A stretch of 64,000 nt of DNA from an uncultured Syntrophomonadaceae bacterium. Its GTDB lineage: Bacteria > Bacillota > Dethiobacteria > DTU022. The DNA lies in assembly GCA_964463285.1 (NCBI GenBank), contig CAYXBB010000002.1, forward strand, positions 3,628-67,627, given 5' to 3'. Position numbers and translations under genes: made by a program. Under the pieces are notes generated by a model, which searched no databases, had not been told where the DNA came from, and was given only the letters and a program-made list of their open reading frames with translations. This document shows, in pieces, positions 52,835 to 62,452 of the stretch (positions are counted from its first letter, which is position 1; every line of letters begins with the position of its first letter).

Positions 52835-54133
52835 TTATTTTGGTTCGTTAGAGGAAGCTGAGAGCAATTTTTTCATAGCCTCCCGGTCTAGCTTACGCTT
52901 ATATTCCGACTCCATCTCCAAGAGAGCATAAGGATAACTGTATTCATCCATTAGCCGTAAATATGGCTCAGGAGCAAAAGCCTCCGGCCCGAACACCCCC
53001 CTTCCCTGCCATACCCCTTTGCCGATCAGTTCCAGGGTAATAGCCGTTCCGTATGCGGTTTGAGCCACCACTACCTGGGAACCCAAACGCTCCATGGTCT
53101 CCTGGTTATCCAGGCTCTGGTAAATAAAGACTTCCCGATGCAGCCCGTCTTTTTTACCGGTAACATGCACTCCTACGCACATTTTTCCTTTAAGCTTATC
53201 TCCGATATAGGCGGGATTTGGAGCTACCGCTTCCACCACATCCCGAGGTGATAGTTTAATCCCCTGAAAATCTATTTTTTCCTTACGATCCAAACCCAAA
53301 GCTCTCAGAACCTTCATCGCATTTATAATATCATCGCCCAGGGCAATTTTAAACGAAACTTTTTTTAGCCCTTTGTCAATATAGCGCGGCATGAGCACCA
53401 CTTCTTCATGCTCCACCTTCATTAATTTAACCGGGCCGATGCCTTCGGGAAAATAAAATATTTCCGGATCAGCAAACGGTTCCTGAACGTACCAGCCTTT
53501 TTCTCTCTCCCAGGTAACCGGAGGATTTAAAGTTTCATCGATCATGGTCCAGATTGAAAATCCAAAAGCAATTTCCAGCCCTTCGGCGGTTAGATTACCC
53601 CCATCTTTAACTGCAATCTCGTCAAGCTCGTCAAAACAATGTATCTCGGCAAACTTTGCAAACACATCCACCACGCCGGGATCAATGCCGGCTCCAATTA
53701 CCGCCATCAACCCTTTCTGCTGCCATTTGGAATCGGCCTGGAAATTGTAGGAGGCCATCAGTTCCGTATATCCCCGACCGATCGGATCTTCCGGATGAGG
53801 TTCCGACCAGGTCCCTAAATTTATATAATGACAACCCGCCTCAAAAGCAGCATCAAATAAATTTTTGGTCACAAACGGCGCCGCCGTATCCAGGATTAAA
53901 TCCACGCCATGTTTTCGGGCCAGGGCAACTACTTCTGAAATTTCTTGAGCATTAACCGGTTCCGCCGGAAATCTTTCCGGATCACCCACTTTTTGGGCTA
54001 CCTCCCCGGCTCTTTCCAGGTTGTAATCCGCCAATACCATTTTCTGTAACCAGTTACCCCTCTGATCCCGATCCCGAATTATCATGGCGATGGCTTCGCC
54101 TACCCCGCCTGTACCTACCAGCAACACTCTCAT
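52835..54133 (-). CDS. Saccharopine-dehydrogenase-like NAD(P) oxidoreductase, paralog 1
   Basis: 432 aa, N-terminal Rossmann VLLVGTGGVGEAIA, Sacchrp_dh_NADP-like plus C-terminal alpha/beta domain. Confidence 0.75.
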   Translation of the reverse strand: MRVLLVGTGGVGEAIAMIIRDRDQRGNWLQKMVLADYNLERAGEVAQKVGDPERFPAEPVNAQEISEVVALARKHGVDLILDTAAPFVTKNLFDAAFEAGCHYINLGTWSEPHPEDPIGRGYTELMASYNFQADSKWQQKGLMAVIGAGIDPGVVDVFAKFAEIHCFDELDEIAVKDGGNLTAEGLEIAFGFSIWTMIDETLNPPVTWEREKGWYVQEPFADPEIFYFPEGIGPVKLMKVEHEEVVLMPRYIDKGLKKVSFKIALGDDIINAMKVLRALGLDRKEKIDFQGIKLSPRDVVEAVAPNPAYIGDKLKGKMCVGVHVTGKKDGLHREVFIYQSLDNQETMERLGSQVVVAQTAYGTAITLELIGKGVWQGRGVFGPEAFAPEPYLRLMDEYSYPYALLEMESEYKRKLDREAMKKLLSASSNEPK

Positions 54134-54316
54134 TTTTTAAATCCCTCCTTATCAGTTATTGGTGGTATTGGGAAGCATTTGCAATAAGATCTAAACTAAT
54201 AATCTCGTTGGCATCGGGGGACATTTACAACTAGTCTTAAGTATGACAGTTTAGTGATGCGGTTTAACCTTTCAGGCAAGATCATTATTCGATAAATGTT
54301 CGAAATACCCTACTAT

Positions 54317-55639
54317 TTAGTTAATAGAATCTAGCACCTCATCGGTGGAAACATCGGGAAAAGCTGATAACATTTTTTTCATAGTCCCCTGATCTTGCTT
54401 GCGCTTATACTCCGAATCCATTTCCATCAGGCGGTAAGGATATCTGTATTCATCCATGAGTTTTAAAAAAGGTTCCGGGGCAAAAGCCTCCGGCCCAAAC
54501 ACTCCCCGGTCCCGCCAGATCCCTTTGCCAACCAACTCCAGGGTAATGACCGTCCCGTAGGCAGTTTGGGCCACCACCACTTGAGAGCCCAAGCGTTCCA
54601 TGGTCTCCCGATTATCCAGGCTCTGGTAAATAAATACTTCCCGGTGCAGTCCGTCTTTTTTACCAATTACATGTACCCCTACGCACATCTTGCCTTTTAA
54701 TTTGTCTCCAATATGAGCAGGATTTGGAGCTACCGCTTCCACCACATCCCGGGGTGAAAGTTTGATCCCCTGAAAGTCTATTTTTTCTTTGCGATTAAGG
54801 CCAATGGCTCTCAGAACCTTCATGGCATTAACAATCTCATCGCCCAGAGCAATTTTAAACGTGACTTTTTTTAGCCCCTTATCTATGTATCGCGGCATGA
54901 GCACCACTTCTTCGTGTTCCACTTTCATCAGTTTAACCGGACCTATGCCTTCCGGAAAATAAAATATTTCCGGATCAGCAAACGGTTCCTGAACGTACCA
55001 GCCTTTTTCTTTTTCCCAGGTGACCGGGGGATTTAAAATCTCGCCAATCATAGTCCAGATTGAAAAACCAAAAGCAATATCCAAACCTTCGGCGGTCAGG
55101 TTCCCACCATCTTTAACTGCAATTTCCTCCAGCTCATCAAAGCAGTATATTTCAGCAAACTTGGCAAATACATCCACCACGCCGGGATCAATGCCGGCTC
55201 CGATTATTGCCATCAATCCTTTTCGTCGCCACTTAGAATCGGCCTGGAAATTGTAGGAGGCCATCAGTTCCGTATATCCCCGACCAACCGGATCTTCCGG
55301 ATGGGATTCAGACCAAGTCCCCAGGTTTATGTAATGGCAATTCGATTCAAAAGCCGCATCAAATAAATTTTTGGTCACAAACGGCGGTGCCGCATCCAGA
55401 ATCAGGTCCACATCATGCTTGCGGGCCAGGGCTGCTATTTCGGAAACCTCCCGAGCATCAACCGGTTCTGCCGGAAATCTTTCCGGCTCACCCACTTTTT
55501 GAGCTACCTGCTTAATTCTTTCCGGATTATAATCCGCCAGCACCATTTTTTGTAACCATTTGCCCCCACGATTCCGATCGCGAGCTATCATGGCGATAGC
55601 TCCGCCCACCCCGCCTGTACCTACCAGTAGCACCTTCAT
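54317..55639 (-). CDS. Saccharopine-dehydrogenase-like NAD(P) oxidoreductase, paralog 2 (tandem duplicate)
   Basis: 440 aa, about 85-90% identical to paralog 1 over full length; long identical nucleotide runs. Confidence 0.75.
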   Translation of the reverse strand: MKVLLVGTGGVGGAIAMIARDRNRGGKWLQKMVLADYNPERIKQVAQKVGEPERFPAEPVDAREVSEIAALARKHDVDLILDAAPPFVTKNLFDAAFESNCHYINLGTWSESHPEDPVGRGYTELMASYNFQADSKWRRKGLMAIIGAGIDPGVVDVFAKFAEIYCFDELEEIAVKDGGNLTAEGLDIAFGFSIWTMIGEILNPPVTWEKEKGWYVQEPFADPEIFYFPEGIGPVKLMKVEHEEVVLMPRYIDKGLKKVTFKIALGDEIVNAMKVLRAIGLNRKEKIDFQGIKLSPRDVVEAVAPNPAHIGDKLKGKMCVGVHVIGKKDGLHREVFIYQSLDNRETMERLGSQVVVAQTAYGTVITLELVGKGIWRDRGVFGPEAFAPEPFLKLMDEYRYPYRLMEMDSEYKRKQDQGTMKKMLSAFPDVSTDEVLDSIN

Positions 55640-55830
55640 TTTTAGGATCTCTCCTTATAGTTGTTGGTTGTGTTGGAAACGCCTACAACTAAATCCCGGC
55701 AGTAAAACTGTAGTAGTATAGCTCAATATATTGGATCAATATTCGATAAATATTCTGTAAATATTTGAAATATCCTTTAAAAGCCATGTAAATCCCTTAA
55801 TTTAACGCCCATTAGTGATAGATCCGCTTC

Positions 55831-55846
55831 GGCAAAATATTTACCA
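55831..55846 (-). promoter_or_regulatory. Weak candidate sigma-54 promoter upstream of SDH-like genes
   Basis: Minus strand TGGTAAATATTTTGCC has GG-N10-GC spacing but poor -24 (TGGTA vs TGGCAC). Confidence 0.2.
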
Positions 55847-55955
55847 TTCCAATTTCCGTAATAAATAGCAGGAACCTTTCTCTACAGTATAGAATATTGC
55901 TTTAAAAAAGAAAAAGACGGTTTATTTACAAGTACAACCCAAGGAGGCGAACAGT

Positions 55956-56429
55956 TTGACAATGACGGCCCGGGATATTATGAGCACTGAGGTAATAAGC
56001 ATAAATGAACAACAAACCCTGCAGGAGGCAATTGTACTAATGGCCCGGCACAACATCAGCGGGTTACCGGTAACAAACGAGCAGAACGTTGTTATAGGCA
56101 TTATTTCCAACACCGATATTATCCGCTATTCTCAGCAGGTAAACGTGATTCCACTGGTGGACCTTTCAGGGTGGGTTTCCCCCCATACCAATATCACCGA
56201 CATTGCATCTTTGCGTAAGGGGATCGATCTTCTGGCCAATACTACAGTTATAAGCCTGATGAAGAGGAAGGTATATACTGCTTACGAAAACACCGGGATC
56301 ATTGATCTGGCCAGATTAATGAGCCAGCGCAAGATAAACCGCATCCCCGTTCTTGATGCTGCTCATAGGCTTGTAGGCATAGTGACCCGTGCCGACCTGG
56401 TAAAAAGTCTGGCCAAACAGGAACAATGA
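55956..56429 (+). CDS. CBS-domain pair protein
   Basis: 157 aa, two CBS repeats (ISGLPV...GII; INRIPV...GIVT); AAGGAGG RBS. Confidence 0.75.
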   Translation: MTMTARDIMSTEVISINEQQTLQEAIVLMARHNISGLPVTNEQNVVIGIISNTDIIRYSQQVNVIPLVDLSGWVSPHTNITDIASLRKGIDLLANTTVISLMKRKVYTAYENTGIIDLARLMSQRKINRIPVLDAAHRLVGIVTRADLVKSLAKQEQ

Positions 56430-56588
56430 TCTAAAGCAAACATTAATGATGAGAAGAAAACGTAAAACCATCATTTTTTGCCACCACCCTGGTTAGGCCG
56501 TTGCCCCATTATTATATATATTTAAAAAGACTGGGGTATTTAACTAGTTCCAATTTAATAACTGATACAATTTAGTTCCTGCTACCGA

Positions 56589-57908
56589 TCAGGTTTTTAT
56601 AAATTCATCCGCCAAATTCAAACTTTCGTCTACCGCATCCATCCCCAAATTCAATTCCTGTTCATTGATGGAAATCGGCGGAGCTATAAACATGATATTC
56701 CAACGCGGATAGACATAGATGCCCTTTTCGTTCAGAAAATTATTGATCCGGCCCATAATTCCCGGATCGGGGCCATTCCAGGGAGCTATCGGCTCCTTGG
56801 TCCGGCGATCTCTTACCAGCTCTATCGCCGAGAACAGGCCGATGGAGCGCACATCGCCCACCGAGGGATGTTTTTCTTTTACATTTTCCAGCCGTTTTTT
56901 CAGCAACTGCCCCATTTTTGCAGAATTCTCGATCAGGTTCTCTTCTTCGTAAACCTGAACGGTTGCCACACCAGTGGCACAGGCCAGAGTATGGCCGCTA
57001 TAGGTTAAACCGCACCACAGCATGCGGTCGTCAAAATGATCGGCAATTTTCTCGTTAACCACTACCGCCCCCAGGGGGACATAACCCTGGGTAATCCCCT
57101 TGGCCATGGTCATAATATCGGGGATTACATTCCAGTTGTTCACCCCAAACCATTTGCCGGTTCGACCCCAACCGGTCATTACCTCGTCGGCAATCAGCAG
57201 TACACCAAATTCATCACAGATCTCCCGAATCCGAGGCAAATATTCGGGGGGCGGAACAAATATACCGTTGGTTCCGGTTACCGGCTCCACAATAAAGGCG
57301 GCTACGGATTTAGGATCTTCATACAACATAATTTCTCGAACATGCTCCGCGCACTCCAGCCCGCAGCCGGGGTAGGTGTGCCCAAAGCTACAGCGATAGC
57401 AATAAGGTTCAAACACATGGACCACCCCGGGAATCCCCGGCTCTACCGGCGGGCGGCGGGGATCGCCGGTCAGGGTAATCGCTCCAAAGGTAGCCCCGTG
57501 GTATGAGCGATAGCGGGCGAGTATTTTGAATCTTCCGGAATACAGTCGGGCAACCTTTATGGCATTATCATTAGACTCGGCTCCGCCCAGGGTAAACAGT
57601 ACTTTGTTCAAATCTCCCGGGGTGTGTTCAGCCACCTTCTGAGCCAGTCTGGCCCGGGGTTCACTGGCATAAGAAGGACTAATATAACAAAGCTTATCAG
57701 CCTGCTCCTTTATAGCTTCAATTACCCGGGGATGCTGGTGTCCGATGTTGGTATTTATTAGTTGGGATGAAAAATCCAGATATTTTTTGCCCTCCCGATT
57801 CCAGAACCAACACCCCTCACCACCTACTATCTCCTCATAAATGTTTTTGCTCTGGACAGACCACGATCTCAACACATATTTTCGTTCCAGTTCTCCGACG
57901 GAATTCAT
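56589..57908 (-). CDS. Class-III (omega) aminotransferase, PLP-dependent
   Basis: 439 aa, DEV..G.GRTG and PLP-lysine region MTMAKG; resembles amine:pyruvate / GABA-type aminotransferases; 4-nt overlap with AOR gene. Confidence 0.85.
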   Translation of the reverse strand: MNSVGELERKYVLRSWSVQSKNIYEEIVGGEGCWFWNREGKKYLDFSSQLINTNIGHQHPRVIEAIKEQADKLCYISPSYASEPRARLAQKVAEHTPGDLNKVLFTLGGAESNDNAIKVARLYSGRFKILARYRSYHGATFGAITLTGDPRRPPVEPGIPGVVHVFEPYCYRCSFGHTYPGCGLECAEHVREIMLYEDPKSVAAFIVEPVTGTNGIFVPPPEYLPRIREICDEFGVLLIADEVMTGWGRTGKWFGVNNWNVIPDIMTMAKGITQGYVPLGAVVVNEKIADHFDDRMLWCGLTYSGHTLACATGVATVQVYEEENLIENSAKMGQLLKKRLENVKEKHPSVGDVRSIGLFSAIELVRDRRTKEPIAPWNGPDPGIMGRINNFLNEKGIYVYPRWNIMFIAPPISINEQELNLGMDAVDESLNLADEFIKT

Positions 57909-59809
57909 TTCGAGCCTGCCTCCTTAAAATTTGATCGCTTTTCTGCTCCCAGCCAACCTAGTTTCAATCCCTGGAGGGTTTCCGGGCGGGGGATACCCTC
58001 CACGGTCCATCCTCTTAATCCGTAATATTCGAACAACATTTTACCCAGATGGGGCAGGCTGCCGGCAGCTGCTCCTTCCAGGCGGTCATGCACCAGCAAG
58101 CGGGGAGGCAGGGTATCATTTTTGCGGCTGATGCCTAGTTTCACGTTTATGGATCTTTTCAGGTTAAACAACCGTTCCCCGGTGTTCAGCAGTTCCTTGC
58201 CGTCTACATCCCACCCGGTTACCCTGGACAACCAGGCGGCGATTTCGTCGGGAATTACATGACCCCTGATCAAGAACTTACACAACCCCAGGGCGTTAAA
58301 TATGATCATGTAATCCTGCATGGTCTTAGCCAGCAGAGGCTTTCCCTCCATGCTATGGGGATCATATTCCGCAGGAATTCCAATCAATGTGCCCGGATAA
58401 CTTAAATTTTCATTAAAATAGGTAAGTCCCTCCAGGTGACAGGCTCCCCGGTTGCCGGTAGCATAAACAATGGCCATGCTGGTGAACGCCCGGGGATCAT
58501 GAAACGGGAATTCCAGTCCCTTGCTCTCTACAACAAATTCTGCTGCCAGTGAACCGAAGTGCGATGCCGCCCGTTTAACTCCCTCCGCCAGGTAAAAACC
58601 CAACTTTTCCCGGCGGGCTATCTGTTGTATGAGAACCAGTATTGCTTCTCCGCTTCCCCAGGACAAATCGAGCCCCCCGGTATCCACTCCCTTCAAAAGA
58701 CCATGCTCATTAAGTTCCATAGCAAACGCAACCGCATTGGCAGTGGAGATCACGTCCACTCCCAGGCGGTTACACAGGTCATGGGCGGCAATAATGAAAT
58801 TCGGGTCATCGTTTAAACAAAGTGCTCCGAATCCGGCAACGGTTTCATACTCCGGCCCGTGAGCAATGGTGCCCTGGTGAGGTCCCACCAACACTTTCAT
58901 ATCCTTGCCGCAACGGATCGGGCAGGCAAAGCAGGTCACATGTTTTACCCGCAAGCCTTTCGCCACCATGGCCTGACCGGATACTCTTGCCGCTCCTTCC
59001 TCCCAGCTGCCGCCGGTCCAGTTGCGAATAGGAAGATCACCCAGTTTTTCCACCGCCACCACCCCGCCGGCGGTCCCAAAATCGGTAAGTCCCCTGGCTT
59101 TTTCTCTGATTTTAGACAGAGATTCTCTCCTGGCTTCAGCCAGGCCCCGGCTGTCGAAAATAGCCGGTACCGGACCGGAAGGAAGCACGGCGATCGCCTT
59201 TAAATTCTTGGAACCCATTACTGCGCCCAGACCGCAGCGGCCGGCAGCCCGGGAATCCTTTCCGTCAATAATGATGGAAGCAATCAGCACCCGGTTTTCC
59301 CCGGCTGGGCCGATAGCAGCGGTATTTATCTTTTCCCCCAGTTCCTGTTGAATTTTCTCCTGCGTGCGGTAAGTGTCCTCTCCCCAAAGAGCGGTAGCAT
59401 CTTTAAATTCCAGCCCCTGTTCCCCGAAGTAAAGGTAAACCGGGCGATCCGCCTTGCCGGTAATGATCAGGCCATCGTAGCCGACAGCCTTAAAATCCGC
59501 CGGCCACCGCCCCCCTACAATGGCCTCCGCCCATATCCCGGTAGCCGGGGATTTCCCACAAAACGCTGCCTTGCTGGCTGCAGGTACATTTAATCCGGTC
59601 AGAATCCCTGAAAAGACCAGTAGTGCTGCCTGTTCACTTAAAGGATCCGGTTCGTAATAACCCCGTTCATAAAACAGCTTGGCAGATAAACCGCTGCCTC
59701 CCAGGTAATCCCGGTAATCCTGTTCTGGAATAATTGTTTCAGTTACCTCACGAGAGGTTAAATTAATTTCCAGGATTTTTCCATAATATCCATATCCCAT
59801 AGCCCTCAC
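57905..59809 (-). CDS. aor: Tungsten-containing aldehyde:ferredoxin oxidoreductase (AOR family)
   Basis: 634 aa, AOR N-terminal domain and [4Fe-4S] Cys motif region; AAGGAG RBS. Confidence 0.9.
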   Translation of the reverse strand: MRAMGYGYYGKILEINLTSREVTETIIPEQDYRDYLGGSGLSAKLFYERGYYEPDPLSEQAALLVFSGILTGLNVPAASKAAFCGKSPATGIWAEAIVGGRWPADFKAVGYDGLIITGKADRPVYLYFGEQGLEFKDATALWGEDTYRTQEKIQQELGEKINTAAIGPAGENRVLIASIIIDGKDSRAAGRCGLGAVMGSKNLKAIAVLPSGPVPAIFDSRGLAEARRESLSKIREKARGLTDFGTAGGVVAVEKLGDLPIRNWTGGSWEEGAARVSGQAMVAKGLRVKHVTCFACPIRCGKDMKVLVGPHQGTIAHGPEYETVAGFGALCLNDDPNFIIAAHDLCNRLGVDVISTANAVAFAMELNEHGLLKGVDTGGLDLSWGSGEAILVLIQQIARREKLGFYLAEGVKRAASHFGSLAAEFVVESKGLEFPFHDPRAFTSMAIVYATGNRGACHLEGLTYFNENLSYPGTLIGIPAEYDPHSMEGKPLLAKTMQDYMIIFNALGLCKFLIRGHVIPDEIAAWLSRVTGWDVDGKELLNTGERLFNLKRSINVKLGISRKNDTLPPRLLVHDRLEGAAAGSLPHLGKMLFEYYGLRGWTVEGIPRPETLQGLKLGWLGAEKRSNFKEAGSK

Positions 59810-59938
59810 TCCTTATGTTTCTTCGGGAAGCATCCGAATAAAAGTAGGAAATAATATTCCTAATTCCATAAGATGCCAAAGACTATACTCGAAGAAGCTA
59901 TGTTCTCGATTTTAAAAATTTAAGTCCAATTATATATC

Positions 59939-59955
59939 TTGCAATTACTATGCCA
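59939..59955 (-). promoter_or_regulatory. Sigma-54 (-24/-12) promoter for the AOR-aminotransferase operon
   Basis: Minus strand TGGCAT-AGTAA-TTGCAA: GG and GC exactly 10 nt apart, about 118 nt upstream of AOR start; sigma-54 gene and a bEBP are in the window. Confidence 0.6.
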
Positions 59956-60018
59956 CCCCCGAGCAGCTCTTTTCCAACAAAGCCCGGCTACAAGCGCACT
60001 GCAGGGGGCTGCAAATAA

Positions 60019-60031
60019 AATTCCACTGGAA
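60019..60031. promoter_or_regulatory. Perfect 13-bp palindrome ATTCCACTGGAAT, candidate enhancer (UAS) for the sigma-54 activator
   Basis: Located about 65-90 bp upstream of the -24 element; second imperfect dyad GAACTGG-N7-CCAGCTC at 60119-60143. Confidence 0.4.
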
Positions 60032-60454
60032 TATATCTAATGCCAGTAAAAAAAAAACCCTTGCAGCAATATCGCTTCAATCCCACAAACTAACCCGAGC
60101 ACTATTGTAATCTTTTTTCCGAACTGGGTTTGTTCCAGCTCGGTAGCGTCTTTCTCAACATATTTTGTATAAAAATCAACTGTAAATAACACCTGCGCCT
60201 CAAACCTTGAAAATATGTGTGGGAAGAAGATTAAACTCAATTTTAGATCCCCGTTTCCATTTCACTACCGATCTCTTTGATGCTTACAAAAGCCGAGTGT
60301 AAACTTTAAATATATCAGTTACAGTTATAACCAGAACTGTTTATAAACAATTCTATTTATAAAATTGCTACGAAGGTAGGCTAAAAAGTGTACAGATATC
60401 CTGACATCAAATAATATCAGACTTGCCACAACTCAGTTATGACTTGCTTGATGG

Positions 60455-62131
60455 CTATTTGCTTATATTTTTTTTATTTGAGAAAAATGTACGGCGCAGG
60501 TATTTTCGGATCTTGCGATTGGCACTACTCTGGCTAATACCTAAAGCATGTGCAACTTTGTACGAGCTTCCTAGCTCACGATAGCTCTTAATAATCAGAT
60601 CCTGTTCAACTGCAGCAAGGATTTCCGCCAGAGTTTGCCCTGGGGGGGCTGCATGGGAGATAATATGGGCGGGTAATTGTTGAATAGTTACGGTATCGGA
60701 GGAAGACATTACTATAAGATGTTCCATAGTATGTTTTAATTCCCTAATATTACCCGGCCAAGCATAAGAAGAAAGTACTTCCAAAGCTTCTGAACTTAAT
60801 TGCAAAGAGCGCTTATACTTGCGGGCGTATTGGGTAAGAAAATGGTTGATTAATATCGGAATATCCTCCCTCCGCTCATTAAGGGGCGGGATATTTATTG
60901 AAAGAACATGTAAACGGTAGTATAGGTCCTCTCGAAAAGTGCCTTTATAGATCATTTCTCTTAAGTCACGGTTAGTGGCGGCAATAATATGCACGTCAAT
61001 ATGCTTTACCTCGTTGGAGCCAATCGGGGTGAAGGTCTGCTCTTCGATTACCTGCAATAGCTTGGGTTGTAAGTCTCCGGGAATTTCAGCGATCTCATCT
61101 AGAAAAATAGTTCCCCCGTCAGCTAAAGTAAAAAGGCCCGCTTTTCCCCGGGGACTGGCTCCAGTAAAGGCACCAGGTTTATAGCCGAATAATTCCGACT
61201 CCAACAGTTCTCTAGGTAGGGCGGCACAGTTAACTTTTAAATATGGCTTTTCCTTGCGCTCGCTCAGGCGATGAATATATTTTGCCACCAGATCTTTACC
61301 GGTGCCGGAATCCCCTAACAGCAAAACGGTGCTATCGGTGCGGGCTATTTTTTGGGCCATGTTCAGAATATCGACCATGGGGGACTCGGCTGAGAATACC
61401 GGATATTCTCCTTTTCCCCGAGAAACCCGGGGTTGGCGTTTTTCCCTTGTACCTGAAACTATTGCTTTTATCTGCCGGTAGCTATTTTTCATATCGTCTA
61501 AGGCAGTAATATCTCGCGAGTTACAAATAACCATTTTAATTTCCCCTTCTGGAGAAAAAACCGGAGAAGCAGTGATCATCAACCGCTTGCCCAGTGCAGT
61601 TTCTTGCTCAATGGTAATCGATTTCTTCTCTTTTAAAACCAGGGGGGTTACCGCCGGGTGGTAGATGCCTCGTTCTTCAAGCTCCCAAACACTTTTTCCG
61701 ATAAGCTCGTCTACCGGCACACCATAATTTTTCTCGCTAACCGGGTTAGCATATATTGTAATCCCCTGGCCATCAGTAACATAAACCTCGTCACAGGCAT
61801 TATTCATGATCGCCTGGTAGAAGGCTATTTCTTGACGCATCCGGTCAATCTCTAAATCGGTTTTTCTGTTTCCCGGGGAATATTTTTCCACCAGTGCCAG
61901 GTAATAGTTACCGGCCGGGTCTGAAATCTCACTAAGGTCAACATGCCATATTTCTTGCGAATGACAAAAGGAAGCAAAGGCGTTATTTCTAAAAGGAGTA
62001 CCCGGCAACATGGTGTTCCAACCCACCCCATGATCAATCGGTAATATACCCTTCAGCGCTTTATGATATAAGAGCACTTTGCCTTTTTCATCAAACAATA
62101 TAGGTAACAAAGGGTTGTCAACCTTTAACAT
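60455..62131 (-). CDS. Sigma-54-dependent transcriptional activator (PAS sensor + AAA+ + Fis-type HTH; no receiver domain)
   Basis: 558 aa, Walker A GDSGTGK, GAFTGA sigma-54 contact motif, C-terminal HTH. Confidence 0.85.
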   Translation of the reverse strand: MLKVDNPLLPILFDEKGKVLLYHKALKGILPIDHGVGWNTMLPGTPFRNNAFASFCHSQEIWHVDLSEISDPAGNYYLALVEKYSPGNRKTDLEIDRMRQEIAFYQAIMNNACDEVYVTDGQGITIYANPVSEKNYGVPVDELIGKSVWELEERGIYHPAVTPLVLKEKKSITIEQETALGKRLMITASPVFSPEGEIKMVICNSRDITALDDMKNSYRQIKAIVSGTREKRQPRVSRGKGEYPVFSAESPMVDILNMAQKIARTDSTVLLLGDSGTGKDLVAKYIHRLSERKEKPYLKVNCAALPRELLESELFGYKPGAFTGASPRGKAGLFTLADGGTIFLDEIAEIPGDLQPKLLQVIEEQTFTPIGSNEVKHIDVHIIAATNRDLREMIYKGTFREDLYYRLHVLSINIPPLNERREDIPILINHFLTQYARKYKRSLQLSSEALEVLSSYAWPGNIRELKHTMEHLIVMSSSDTVTIQQLPAHIISHAAPPGQTLAEILAAVEQDLIIKSYRELGSSYKVAHALGISQSSANRKIRKYLRRTFFSNKKNISK

Positions 62132-62376
62132 GGCCTGTACTCCCCGTTATATTTTCAGATGCTAGCGGTAAAAATGAGATCGAAAATTATAAGGTAACTA
62201 ACCCTGATCTGGTAGTCTGTCAAAACATTCGGAGCGTTGATGGATGTTGTCGCCGGTGCGCCTAGTGTAAATATTCTAACATGGGCAATCAGCTGAGTCA
62301 ACGGCGGGTTGTCGGAGATGGGGTGTTTCCAGCAAAGCCCGGTTTAAAGCACCGAGCCCGCAAACTTTTTAAAATA

Positions 62377-62452
62377 TGGAGCTGAAGAGGGGATTCGAAC
62401 CCCTGACCTGCTGATTACGAATCAGCTGCTCTACCGGCTGAGCTACTTCAGC
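62377..62452 (-). tRNA. tRNA-Thr (anticodon CGT), 76 nt with encoded CCA
   Basis: GCTGAAGTAGCTCAGCCGGTAGAGCAGCTGATTCGTAATCAGCAGGTCAGGGGTTCGAATCCCCTCTTCAGCTCCA folds as cloverleaf; anticodon loop TTCGTAA. Confidence 0.85.

Noticed and set aside
54170-54185. Plus-strand TGGGAAGCATTTGCA sigma-54-like motif
   Set aside because: GG-GC spacing is one nucleotide short and it is on the strand opposite to all neighbouring genes.
60037-60240. 67-aa ORF between the bEBP gene and the sigma-54 promoter
   Set aside because: Sits in the enhancer/UAS region upstream of the promoter. No convincing RBS. Likely non-coding regulatory DNA.
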